Source: Eledone cirrhosa
Taxonomy: Eukaryota
DNA length: 64,000 bases
NCBI GenBank assembly: GCA_964016885.1
Contig: CAXHJY010001703.1
Span: forward strand, 6,138-70,137
Direction of reading: 5' to 3'
Shown here: positions 41,526-52,890 of the stretch, in pieces
Layout: each line of letters begins with the position of its first letter
How positions within the stretch are numbered: position 1 is the stretch's first letter
The notes under the pieces: generated by a model
Told to the model about the DNA's origin: nothing
Seen by the model: the letters and a program-made list of their open reading frames with translations, nothing else
The model's database searches: none
Made by a program: the position numbers and the translations under genes

Positions 41526-42207
41526 AATATGGCTTTATAAATATAGTTTCCATTTGTTAATATCGTATTTTTACTCCAATTATTTGTTGAGTGCTTTATA
41601 TCAGTTATAAAAATATTTGCTTGTTGTATCCCAACAATTTAAATAGAACTTTTACATATATATATATATATATATGATACCCATGCAGCAAGCCATGGGT
41701 TTTTGTCATATCTTCAGGTGCATGTGCATATAAATGGCTGAATGAGATCTCGTGAGAAAGGAGTGGAAAAGACAAACTAGAAGTGATATAGGGGAGGTAA
41801 CTCTGGAATAAAGAAATTATTTAGAAAATAGAAGAGTGGAGAACTGAAAGTTAGTCTGTCTCCTACATACACGTATATTATCAATATACCCCTTCACTTA
41901 TATGTTATAATTTCAACGCCACAACCCTACTGTTTGAAACAAGTACTAGAAATAGCAGCCAAACATTTGATCCGACACGCATGTCACTGCTAACGCAAGA
42001 GCAAGACACGTAGGTTCCACAACAGGATTTATACTCATCATGGGGTCCCTTTTGAAGCAATGGAAGTGTAAGAAGATATTATAGTATTGAATCACTATCC
42101 TAGCATCTCTCTCATTTATAAAACGGCCGTAAAATAGCTCACTGTTAAGAGATGTCAAGAAAAAATGAAACCATAACGATAGTAAATTCTATTCCAAAAG
42201 CAATAAT

Positions 42208-42340
42208 ACATTGGCAGATTCGTTAGAACGTTCGATAGAATGCTTTGTCCCGGCTGTCTGCGATCTGAACACAAATCCCGTCGAGGTCAACTTTGCCTTT
42301 CATCCTTTCGAAGTCGATAAAAAAAAGTACCCGTCCAATA
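42208..42340 (+). mobile_element. Meta-SINE-like SINE, degenerate
   Basis: GGTCAACTTTGCCTTTCATCCTTTCGAAGTCGATAAA. Similar copies at 34032-34165 and 27790-27915. Confidence 0.65.
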
Positions 42341-42834
42341 TTGACGCCGAATCTCCCTCCTCCCCCTCCCCTCTCTCTCTCTCTCTCCCTCTCTTATCTG
42401 GAAGAAATCGGCTGTTTAGACCTGGAGAGAGGATAACGCCGCCTGGTTTTAAATGTCGAAGACACGCCGTATGTCACGAAAGCAGCCCTTTGACTATCAG
42501 GAGTTAATACATAGGAAATTCATATGGGTATATATAGTTACATTATAGCTGAATAGATAATCATGATAAGATTAATTAGAAACTATCAACAGCTAACTAG
42601 CAACAACAGTAACAACGGTTAGTAACTTGTTGCTAATGTATACAAACATTGACATATAAACACAACGGGGAGAGGCCGATTGGTGTTTTAACAAAAGTAC
42701 CTGCGCGCGCGCGTGTGTGTGCGTGCGTGCGCGTATGTTCATGCGCTGTATGTGTGTATGCTAGTGTATTTTGGTTTATTTGTGTGTGTGTAAGGTATAT
42801 ATGTGTTGTGTGCATGTATGTACGTGTATATAGT

Positions 42835-43145
42835 GAAGGTGTGTGGTTCATTTGTTAAGGTGTTCGGCTCACGGTCGTAAGTCATTACCTGGGGCATGTT
42901 GTGTCCTTGAGCAAGACATATTTAGCGTTCCTCCAGTTCACCCAGCTGGCAAAACTTGGTTGTAACTGTAATTCAAAGGGTCTCGCCTTGTCACACACTG
43001 TGTCAGGCTAAATCTCTATGAGAACTTCGTTAACGGTAAATGTGTCTGTGGGATGCTCAGGCACTTACAGGTTAAGTTCAATAGCAGGTTATTCTGTTGT
43101 TCAAATAACTGAAACCCTCATCGCTGGTACCGATGGATATTCAAG
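42835..43145 (+). mobile_element. tRNA-derived SINE
   Basis: GTGTCCTTGAGCAAGACA motif, with the body matching 34862-35165. Confidence 0.7.
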
Positions 43146-43216
43146 AATAACATATAGCAGCACGTTGTTCTTTACCCAACTCCTCAACCGCTCCTCGTTA
43201 TAAAACCAAACCCTTT

Positions 43217-43507
43217 CTCTCGGGTCCCAAATAATAGGGGATGGGGGTGGAAAATCGATAATTATTCTAGATTGTCTCTCTAGATTTAAAACAACAACAG
43301 AATTAGTCGTTTAGTTTACCATCATATTTATTTTATAACATAGGATTTTTAATAATGTTTTCTTTTGTCATGTATATTTTTCAATGTCTAAAGAAAATTA
43401 ATTGTCTCAGGAATGCCAACACTTAAAATAAAATGTTGCCGGAGATAGAGTAGCAAAACTTAATAAGCGAGTGGTATGGGGGGGGGGGGTTATTTGAGAA
43501 CCGAGAG
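43217..43507 (-). mobile_element. MITE copy (32899 family)
   Basis: TIRs CTCTCGGGTCCCAAATAA / TTATTTGAGAACCGAGAG. Confidence 0.7.
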
Positions 43508-43761
43508 TACACATAATATAGAGAAAATAATTGTTTCTACTTTTGGCACAAGGCCAGCAATTACCCAAGAAAATAATATAGCTGAAAAATAGACGAGAAG
43601 ATAATCTGAAATAGAGGGGGGGGGTGCAGTTTGTGTGTGTGTGATTGTACGGCTGTGTCTATATGTCTGTCCATATAACCAAACCGGACTGTTGGTGTTG
43701 CTAACCAAACAAGGTAGACAAACCAGTGGCGATTTGGATTACATAAACAGACATACAGTGC

Positions 43762-44025
43762 GTTTGTTCCGAACAACGGAACAGCATGCTCGTGAAATTA
43801 ACATCCAAGTGGCTGAGCATTCTACAGATATGTATACACTTAACGTAGTTCTCAGGAAGATTTAGCATGGCAGTGTATAACAAGGCTGGTCCTTTGAATT
43901 ACAGGTACAACCCATTTCTCTGAGTGAACTGGAACAACACAAAAATGTCAACGCGCCACCGGGAATCAAACTCACGACCTCACGATCGTGAATCGACCAC
44001 CCTAACCACTAAGTCACGCACCTTC
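43762..44025 (-). mobile_element. tRNA-derived SINE
   Basis: Matches 34862-35165. Head GTGACTTAGTGGTTAGGG on the minus strand. Confidence 0.75.
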
Positions 44026-44192
44026 GCTAAATAGAACAGATAGTGACGCAACCTGAATGTAGTCGTTGGGTATGCTAAAAATAGGAACGAAATCCCCCTC
44101 AAATCACACCATATTATTTTGCCAAATGGGATTGTTAGAGCTGAAACACTAGATTAGAACAAACATACAATTAAATAACAGCCATATTCCGT

Positions 44193-44227
<35 letters not shown>

Positions 44228-44230
<3 letters not shown>

Positions 44231-44466
44231 TCAAATAAAAAAATATATGTATATATAGAGAAAGAACCATATATCGTTTGAGAAAGACGTAGTATTTTGT
44301 ACATTAAAGCACAATATTTAGGAAAAAGTACACACTTTATTGTGAAAAAGCCCTCTCACCTTTATATGTATGTACAAAATACTACCTGTTTCTCAAACGA
44401 TATATGGCTCTTTCTCTCTCTCTCTCTATATATATATATATACACATATATCTTTTGATTTGAATT
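44228..44466. repeat. Imperfect inverted repeat (~80 bp arms)
   Basis: CCATATATCGTTTGAGAAA...GTAGTATTTTGTACAT versus ATGTACAAAATACTAC...TTTCTCAAACGATATATGG. Confidence 0.8.
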
Positions 44467-44963
44467 ATTGAGCTTTTAGTAAAATAACAGGAGGCTAAAC
44501 TGGTGAGATTCCTTCAAAGATGTATTTCAGCAAACACTACATTTTAGTGGCTTGGTTACGTAAGATCCTGGTGACACCATCAGGTGTATATCGCCTTCGA
44601 GTTAAAAACCTTTTTCTGTGTTTTTATCTGCTTTCTCTCCTAATAGTCTCTTGGATTGTGTTTACCATTATTCCTTTATTATATAACTATTATGCAATAT
44701 ACACCTGATGATGTCACCAGGATCTTACGTAACCTGGCCACTGAAATATACATAGTGTTTGCTGAAATAAATCTTTGAAGGAATTTCACCAGTCCGGCCT
44801 CCTGTCATTTTACTCAATAATAATTAACTCCGTTCTCGCACCACCAACAAGATTCATCATCAAATATCGATGAATTGCGTAACGTCGAGTGCTTTTCCTA
44901 TTACATCATAATTGGCTCTACGGAATGACCAGTTCTATCCAGTGGTGAACCACCAAACTTAAA
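44463..44963 (+). mobile_element. Fold-back element with a hammerhead-like core and tail
   Basis: Arms at about 44478-44594 and 44694-44815. Right arm reads ACAC-CTGATGA-...CCAGG...CCTGG...-GAAA-TATACA-TA-GTGT (44701-44758). The left-arm core is mutated. The tail is homologous to 47435-47575. Confidence 0.8.
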
Positions 44964-45884
44964 TATATATATATATACATATATAATGATATAACGAGGT
45001 TAAGTTTCACTTTAAAATATATTTATTGTATAATGATGATTTCAAACGAATGAAATAGTTTTAGTCCTGTAGACGTCATTTCTATATAAAATAAATATGA
45101 CACTAATGTATCGAGTACCTTATTTAACTGTGGTTCCTTCCCGATCCCCTTCTGAATACCATTCTAAATGTTGTGTACACACACACACACCCACACACAA
45201 ATATATATGTGTGTGCATGAGAGAGAGAACGACAGATCCACTATGTAGTCATGCGACCTGCTAAAAAAAAAAAATCAACGAAATCTTCCTCACATCACAT
45301 CACACACTACTGTCTTTAAAAATAGACAAAAGACAAGGAAGGACACATTAGACAATATAGTCCTAGATACACTATATCTGTAAAAGATAAATTAGTAATG
45401 GACACAGCTGGAACAACTTTTATAAATAGATCCGATGGCTCAGCACTGACTAAATAACACCACCAAAAGTTTAACCAGGGGTTCATCTAAGTGGTCGATA
45501 TCGATCTGAAGTAGGGGGAGGGAGGTCGATTGAACTTTTTGGCCCAAACCTGACATTTATGAAAGGAAATACACAAAATAATACAACATGCTTATACAGG
45601 TTTCTGATTTATATAGAATGTGGCTGTAGTGTCTATTTATTATATTCTGCTTATTGATCGTTTACCGGTATCAGACATTAGACTGCAGCCATGATGGGGG
45701 ACATAATTGATTTAGTCGGCCATATCGACACTAGTACTTTATTTAACTGATCTTCTCTTTATCATCGAACAACTAAGTTATGAAACACTGACACAGATTC
45801 ACACACGTGTGTGTGTGTGTTAACTTCCTTCCCTAACCTTCTCACACTACTCTTACACCTATCTGTTTTTCTCCTTATCCGAAC

Positions 45885-45920
45885 TTTCCTGAAGAAGGAC
45901 TTCTGTCCGAAAAGTTGAAA
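45885..45920 (+). ncRNA. Candidate minimal hammerhead ribozyme in a pLTR-like remnant (45822-45955)
   Basis: TTTC-CTGAAGA-A-GGAC-TTCT-GTCC-GAAA-AG-TT-GAAA. Downstream CAAGCGTGAACCTAATATA resembles the end of the 25242 element. Confidence 0.55.
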
Positions 45921-45993
45921 CCTCCTCCACTTCCTCCAAGCGTGAACCTAATATAACTGTAAAATTGCCTCCTGTGTTTTGTTTGTTTCATTT

Positions 45994-45996
<3 letters not shown>

Positions 45997-46045
<49 letters not shown>

Positions 46046-46117
46046 GTGTGCGTGTGTGTGCGTGTGTGTGCGTGTGTGTGCGTGTGTGTGCGTGTGCGTG
46101 CGTGTGCGTGCGTGTGT

Positions 46118-46152
<35 letters not shown>
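45997..46152. repeat. (GT)n/GC-interrupted microsatellite
   Basis: Directly visible. Confidence 0.95.
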
Positions 46153-46154
46153 CA

Positions 46155-46312
46155 ACGGGCTTCTGCAATTTCCATCTACCAAATCCCACTTACACGGCAT
46201 TGGTCAACACATGTCTAGGGAAAAAGACACTTGCCCAAGGTGCCTCTAAGCAGCAGGACTGAACTCAGAACCACATGGTTGCGAAGCAAACTCCTTAACC
46301 ACACAGCCATGC
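46155..46312 (-). mobile_element. SINE fragment
   Basis: Minus strand GGCATGGCTGTGTGGTTAAGGAGTTTGCTT...CACCTTGGGCAAGTGTC. Related pieces at 26030-26190 and 37270-37390. Confidence 0.65.
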
Positions 46313-47381
46313 CATATTTACATATAGATTTTTTGTACATGTCTGAAGTCGATCAAGGGTGAGTCAAGGATTCCATGAAAGGATCGATGGTCAAAAAGGT
46401 TTGAGGATCCTTGAGCTACACAAAAATGAGACGAGGGCTGGATTGGAAACAGAGAGAAATTATGGAAGATAGAGATGGTCAGAGATAGACAGAGACAGCA
46501 AGATGATGGAGGATAGATAAACAGGTAAATATACAGAGACAGATGTTAACATATAGATATCATCATCATCGATTTTACTTCCGCTTTCCCATGCTTGCGT
46601 AGACTGGGCGTGTCCTTCTCAGGACGGCATCCACCTGTGTGTGTGTTAGATAGAGTGATATGATGAGAGATATCTAGGTAGAGAGACAGAGCAAGAAAGA
46701 GAGCAATGGAAAGGGTAAAATAAAGGAGACCTCTCACTACCTGGTCACTAGATCTTGTAGAAACAGTAGCCAGATAGCCCAGAAATTACACTACTTTCGT
46801 CATACACAATGAAAACAGTGCTAGATCGGTGGACAATGTTGAAGTACAAATGGCGTAGATTTAAAAGAAAAATAATAAATATTACTGATTCATGTGAAAC
46901 AAAAATATACCTAACAGAAGAAAGAAGGCTTTTCCAGAATCCACTCCTTCCCCTGATAAATTAAGACAATAATATATCCGAACCAATTTATTAGCGTTGG
47001 GGTTAGGATTTAGGGTTAATTCAGTCAGTTCCTGTAACTAATACTTAAACCCGAATCGTAATTTGGAATGCATTAGTTTGGATTAACACAGAGACGGATT
47101 AACAACAACGACATTTACGCCACATTGCTCCAATTTATATTGGAACACACATACATACATATATATATATATATGTATTCTTATAAGTCATCCAAATATA
47201 CAAGTGTGTTTATTTGAATTAAAAATCAGAAGAATTAGAAAAATAACCCTAACAGGCCGCTTGACCTGCTAAAAGTAACAGCTAAATTTACCTTTAAAAA
47301 GAGTTAATATTCAACCCATGTAACATTGCATTTTATAAAGTAGTATTTATTAGATGATTATATATATATATATATATATAG

Positions 47382-47414
<33 letters not shown>

Positions 47415-47624
47415 TATATTTATTTATTTATTTATTTGGGTTTGTTGGTTCACCACTGGATAGAACTGGTCATTCTGTGTGGTCAACCTCGATGTATTAT
47501 TATGGAGAGCACTCAACGTAATGCAACTCACCCGTCTTCGTTTGTGTAGTTGGTGTTGCGAGTACGGAGTTAATTATTACAAAATAACAGGAGGCAAGTT
47601 CTGGTGTAAATCCTTGAAAGGTTT

Positions 47625-47686
47625 ATTATACTATGATCATTTCAATGACCGGGTTCAGTATGAATCCGGTGACATCATCAGGTAAT
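47625..47686 (-). ncRNA. Candidate type I hammerhead ribozyme
   Basis: Minus strand: ATTAC-CTGATGA-TGTCACCGGATTCA-TAC-TGAACCCGGTCATT-GAAA-TGATCA-TA-GTATAAT. Confidence 0.6.
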
Positions 47687-47877
47687 CCAAAATATAACGA
47701 AGGAATATAACATAAAAATCCATGGTGTTGAAAATTAGAGACGGGAGGGTGGCCGGCAATTTAACAACTTCTACCTATGTCGGCCGCCCTCAAGCTGCTA
47801 AATTGCCGGCCACCCTCCCGTCTTTGATTTTCAACACCATGGATTTTTATCTGTTATATTCCTTCGTTATATTTTGA

Positions 47878-47939
47878 ATTACCTGATGATGTCACCGGAT
47901 TCATACTGAACCCGGCGATTGAAATGATCATAGTATAAT
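47878..47939 (+). ncRNA. Candidate type I hammerhead ribozyme
   Basis: ATTAC-CTGATGA-TGTCACCGGATTCA-TAC-TGAACCCGGCGATT-GAAA-TGATCA-TA-GTATAAT. Stem III is palindromic (ATGATCAT). Confidence 0.65.
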
Positions 47940-47990
47940 AAACCTTTCAAGGATTTATACCAGAACTTGCCTCCTGTTATTTTGTAATAT

Positions 47991-48028
<38 letters not shown>

Positions 48029-48045
48029 TGATAATAATAATAATA

Positions 48046-48343
48046 ATTGTTTCTACTTTTGGCACAAGGCCAGCAATTATCCCAGTGCATTACTGGTACT
48101 TTATTTTATCGACCCCGTAAGGATGAAAGGCAGAGTCAACCTCGGCGGGATTTAAACTCAGATCGTAAAGGGACGTAACTATGATGGAAAGCATGGCGTC
48201 CGACCCTCTACCGATACTGCCAATCCACCGCCCAATATAATAATAATAATAATAATTGTTTCTACGTTAGGCACAAAGCCACCAAATACCCAGTGCATTA
48301 CTGGTACTTTATTTTATCGACCCCGTAATGATGAAAGGCAAAG
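48046..48343 (-). mobile_element. Meta-SINE-like SINE plus a tandem partial copy
   Basis: Reverse complement of 31149-31342 with an (ATT)n tail. Partial second copy at 48255-48343. Confidence 0.8.
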
Positions 48344-49120
48344 TTATAATAGAAGAGGGTCATATGGTGAAACGCCTTTGATCGTACGATGTTTTGACTG
48401 CTCTGCTGTATCATGACTGACCTGGGGCTAAACAACAAAACGGATATAATTGTTTTGCTTGTCTAATATCATTCGATCGATTACACACAGACATATGTCT
48501 GTGTATGTATTCTAGTGAGCGTGGGTAAATATTTATATATGTGCGTATGTGTGTTAGTGTGAGTGTGTGTTCTGGGCGTTCCAATGATATATTTTAAATG
48601 ATTAATTGATATATGCATAAACTACATAGATCGAATGTCATTAAAAGTCCTAATGGTTTGTTGCTTTTGTTGTTGTTTACACATCGGTTGGCCTTCATCG
48701 AACCGGTTAGACATATCTATAACCAAATGCGTTACAACCGTGATCACTCCGATTTTATTCAAACATTGTATCTGATTTACATAATCTAATGTTATTTTCA
48801 TATCACAATATATATATGTATATATATATATATGAATAAATTTAGTCCTTCATCAGTGGTCTTCCAACCTTCATTGGTATTTCATCGCTTTAAACACCAT
48901 ATACCTCTGGTTGGTGCGAGCAACGGCTAAAGAAAGTCGTTGGGACACGTAAATAAAGGGAACGAGTGAAACAGCAAACAATCAAAGTTGGTAATGCAAC
49001 GAAAAGTGAGGAAGAAGGAGTCAAGTCCCTGAAATCGATGAATATAAGTTCTGTGAAATCGTGGACGAGAGAGAATAAAGAACAACAAACCTTTCGCACA
49101 GGTCAAACGGGAGGGAGAAG

Positions 49121-49175
<55 letters not shown>

Positions 49176-49290
49176 TATACATAGCACAACATATATATAT
49201 ATATATATATATATAATGTCACAATATATATATATATATATATATATACATGTCACAATATATATATATATATATATATATATACATGTC

Positions 49291-49343
<53 letters not shown>

Positions 49344-49349
49344 GTCACA

Positions 49350-49386
<37 letters not shown>

Positions 49387-49387
<1 letters not shown>

Positions 49388-49627
49388 CATCATCATCATC
49401 ATCATCACCGTTTTACGTCCGTTCTTCCACGCTAGCATGGGTTAGACGGGTTGTCCTGTTATGGGCAGTGTCTGGTCGGCTGACCATGCCTTGCTCATAC
49501 AGGAACTGATCTGGCTTGATTTCTACAGCTGGATGCCCTTCCTAACACCAACCTCATTTACAGTGAGTGCTGGGTGCTTTTTCGTGGCGCCTACACGTCC
49601 ACTTTACAGTGTGGGCTGGGTGCTTTT
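49387..49627 (-). mobile_element. RTE 3' UTR fragment
   Basis: Nearly the exact reverse complement of 63273-63511. Confidence 0.85.
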
Positions 49628-49758
49628 TATATACATATATATATACATGTCACAATATATATATATACATATATATATACATGTCACAATATATATATAT
49701 ATACATATATATATACATATCACAATATATATACATATATATATACATATATATCACA

Positions 49759-49791
<33 letters not shown>

Positions 49792-49949
49792 CATATATAT
49801 CATAATATATATATATACATATATATATACATATATATCACAATATATATATATATACATATATATATATACATGTCACAATATATATATATACATATCA
49901 CAATATATATATATACATATATATATACATATCACAATATATATATATA

Positions 49950-51522
49950 GCAAGGTTGAGTTCCGTGGGATTGATACCAGTGAGCTGGGACTCCTACTTA
50001 AGCTTACCTATAGTAATAGTTACCTAGACACATATGACCTTAGCAACCTGTGCCCTACAAGACCAGCAAGAGACAGACCACCTACCATTACCTCAATGGC
50101 CAAGAAAACCCACACAGATAGATGGAACGGGTGGACCAGAGCCATACGGACACCAGAAAACCACGATAAACTGAAGAAAATGATTGCACATGCGGTAGGG
50201 GCCAGCATAAAACTAACCCTTAAGGAACATATGTTCAAATTTAATGGAAAAACATATGCCCAAGAGGAAGGAGCAGCCATTGGTGTTAGCATTGCAGGCG
50301 ACATAGCTCACTTATTCATGGTATGGTGGGACAGTAGACTTAAACTTAAAGAACAATTAGAAGACCCCTTAACCCTGATAATGTACTCCCGCTACGTAGA
50401 TGATATAAACATCGTAGTTAAGACACCCCCACTAGAAAACAGTCAGGAACTAGAGAAAAACACAATGGAAAGCATCCAGCAAATAGCAAACTCCATCCAC
50501 CAGAGCATTAGAGTTACTATAGACTACCCAAGTAAACACCTCAACCATCGATTACCTGTACTAGACACAGAGCTCTGGTTAGATACCATTAACAACAAAA
50601 AACAAATCCTCCATTCCCATTATGCCAAACCCATGACTTCCAAACATCTGATCCACCGAAACTCGGTCATTTCGGACCATACCAAAATCAACATACTGAT
50701 TGCGGATTTGGTACGGGTGATGAGAAATGTGTCCCGCATGTGCAACCCCGAAGAACTAGAGAGACACATACAACACTTCATCCACCGTATGCAGTTCTCT
50801 GGCTACAATCAGAGAGATAAAATCAGAGTGTATAGAGGAGCCAGAACCAAATGGGAAAAAATGGTAAATAATGATATAAATGAGACCTGCCCTTGTATAG
50901 GAGCAAATTTTGGAATAGAATAGAAAGAACTAGGAACAAGGCCAATAGAATAAACTCATGGTATGATAGCAATAAATACCAGAGTGTGATGTTCATCGAT
51001 ACAACCCCTAGAGGTGAATTAGCTTACAGATTTAGAAGGGCCCTAAATAAACATAAACTCAATATTAAGATAGTAGAAAGACCAGGTACCTCTGTAAAAA
51101 CACTTATTAGCAAGACATACCCTTTTCAAAGACCCTCATGTATAGATAAGAAATGTATAACCTGTAAAATAAGCCCCCATATTAACTGTAAAACTAGAAA
51201 TGTAGTGTATAGCATAAGATGTACTGAAGGACAATGTAGAGACAAAAATATAATGTACATAGGTGAGACAGCTTGTAGTGTAGGGGAACGGATAAATGAA
51301 CACTGGCGAGACCTTCAAGATAATAAAGGATCATCTGTACTCTACCAACATGCTAAGATAGAACACAAGGGTAAATTAGAGAATATAGAAATAAAAATAG
51401 AATCTACACACAGAATAGACGCAATGTTTAGACAAATTACAGAGGCAATAAACATAAAAGAATTACAACCAAAATTAAATAGAAAATATGAGTGGAACAG
51501 CAACATCACAACTTACAATTAA
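49950..51522 (+). pseudogene. PLE reverse transcriptase and GIY-YIG endonuclease, one frameshift near 50895
   Basis: RT motifs [29 protein letters not shown] and HYAKP. Cys-rich linker CIDKKCITC. Endonuclease motifs NVVYSIRC...YIGET...ERINEH...ITEA.I...PKLN. Confidence 0.9.
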
Positions 51523-51723
51523 GGACAAAATGAAACACACACACACACATAGAACAAACAACCAACCAGTAACATGTAAATAAACAAATAAATAAATGAA
51601 CATAAACACACACAGACACCCGGATGTGGCGCATGCGCAGACTGAGCACACAACACACACACAGAAACAAAATGGCGTAGGACAGAACAAAGCAGAGGCA
51701 CAGAAACAAAAAAAGGAATCCCC

Positions 51724-51768
51724 AGTCACTGAAGAGGTCACAGAGTGTGTGACGAAAGAACTATGACT
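51724..51768 (+). ncRNA. Type I hammerhead ribozyme in the PLE 3' region
   Basis: AGTCA-CTGAAGA-G-GTCACA-GAGTG-TGTGAC-GAAA-GAAC-TA-TGACT. Perfect 5 bp stem I, 6 bp stem II and a full core. Hammerheads are an established feature of PLE pLTRs. Confidence 0.8.
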
Positions 51769-51910
51769 ATATATAAACAACTATCTGGTTGTGGAACCAA
51801 CCAACCAACCAGAAATTTATAAATTTATAAATATATAATAAATTGAAGTGAAAGCAACTGGTGCGTGTGTTTCTTATTGGCAACATGACCCTCCCAAAGT
51901 ATAACAATAT

Positions 51911-52382
51911 ATATATATATATATATACATATATACATATCACAATATATATACATATATAAATATCACAATATATATACATATATACATATCACAATAT
52001 ATATACATATATACATATCACAATATATATACATATATACATATCACAATATATATACAGATATACATATCACAATATATATACATATATACATATCACA
52101 ATATATATACATATATACATATCACAATATATATACATATATACATATCACAATATATATACATATATACATATCACAATATATATACATATATACATAT
52201 CACAATATATATACATATATACATATCACAATATATATATATATATATATATACATACATATAAATATATACATATATATATATATACATATCACAATAT
52301 ATATATATATATATACACATACATATCACAATATATAAATATATATATACATACATATCACAATATATAAATATATATATAC
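51911..52382. repeat. Satellite with unit CATATCACAAT(AT)n
   Basis: Directly visible. A related unit lies at 49190-49949. Confidence 0.95.
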
Positions 52383-52473
52383 ATGGAGCATTGCTGTTCG
52401 TATGCAGGCATCGTACAACCTGCCTTTCATTTTTAGGGAGAACCCTTTAGCAGCTAATAGTGGTATAAGCTCT
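52383..52473 (-). mobile_element. Inverted 91 bp RTE fragment
   Basis: Reverse complement of 53790-53880 with one mismatch seen. Confidence 0.9.
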
Positions 52474-52475
52474 CG

Positions 52476-52823
52476 TGGAGGCACATGGCTTAGTGGTTAG
52501 AGCATTGGCCTTGCAATCGAAAGGTTGTGAGTTCAATTCTCAGACCGGGTGATGTGTTGTTTCCTTGAGCAAGACACTTTATTTTCACATTGCTCCAGTT
52601 TACTCAGCTGTAGAAATGAGATGATAGGGACTGGGGTCCCTATCATTCCACTGCAAAGTGGTCGTGGAGGTGCCACGGCAAAAAAGTACCCAGCACTCAC
52701 TGTAAATGAGGTTGGTGTTAGGAAGGGCATCCAGCTGTAGAAATCAAGCCAGAATCAGTTCCCGTCCCACCCTTGCAAGCAGGGAAAAATGGACGTAAAA
52801 TGAAATGATGATGATGATGATGA
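52476..52823 (+). mobile_element. tRNA-derived SINE with RTE-type tail
   Basis: Near-identical to 3246-3600. Confidence 0.88.
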
Positions 52824-52890
52824 TACATATCACAATATATAAATATATATACATACATATCACAATATATAAATATATATAAATATATAT

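Larger units (their letters stand above)
41219..41655 (+). mobile_element. Near-perfect 349 bp palindrome with a hammerhead in each arm, plus tail
   Basis: Arms 41219-41391 and 41395-41567 with a 3 nt loop. The tail contains GTTGAGTGCT. (TA)n on both sides. Confidence 0.9.
47435..47988 (-). mobile_element. Fold-back element (~195 bp arms) with a hammerhead in each arm and a tail
   Basis: Arms 47576-47770 and 47792-47988, tail 47435-47575 (minus orientation). Confidence 0.9.
49950..51910 (+). mobile_element. Penelope-like retroelement (PLE), 5'-truncated
   Basis: RT followed by a GIY-YIG endonuclease and a 3' region with a hammerhead. Embedded in the ACAAT(AT)n satellite. Confidence 0.92.

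Noticed and set aside
46998-47020. TTAGGG-like motifs
   Set aside because: Only 2-3 degenerate units, which is not a telomeric array.
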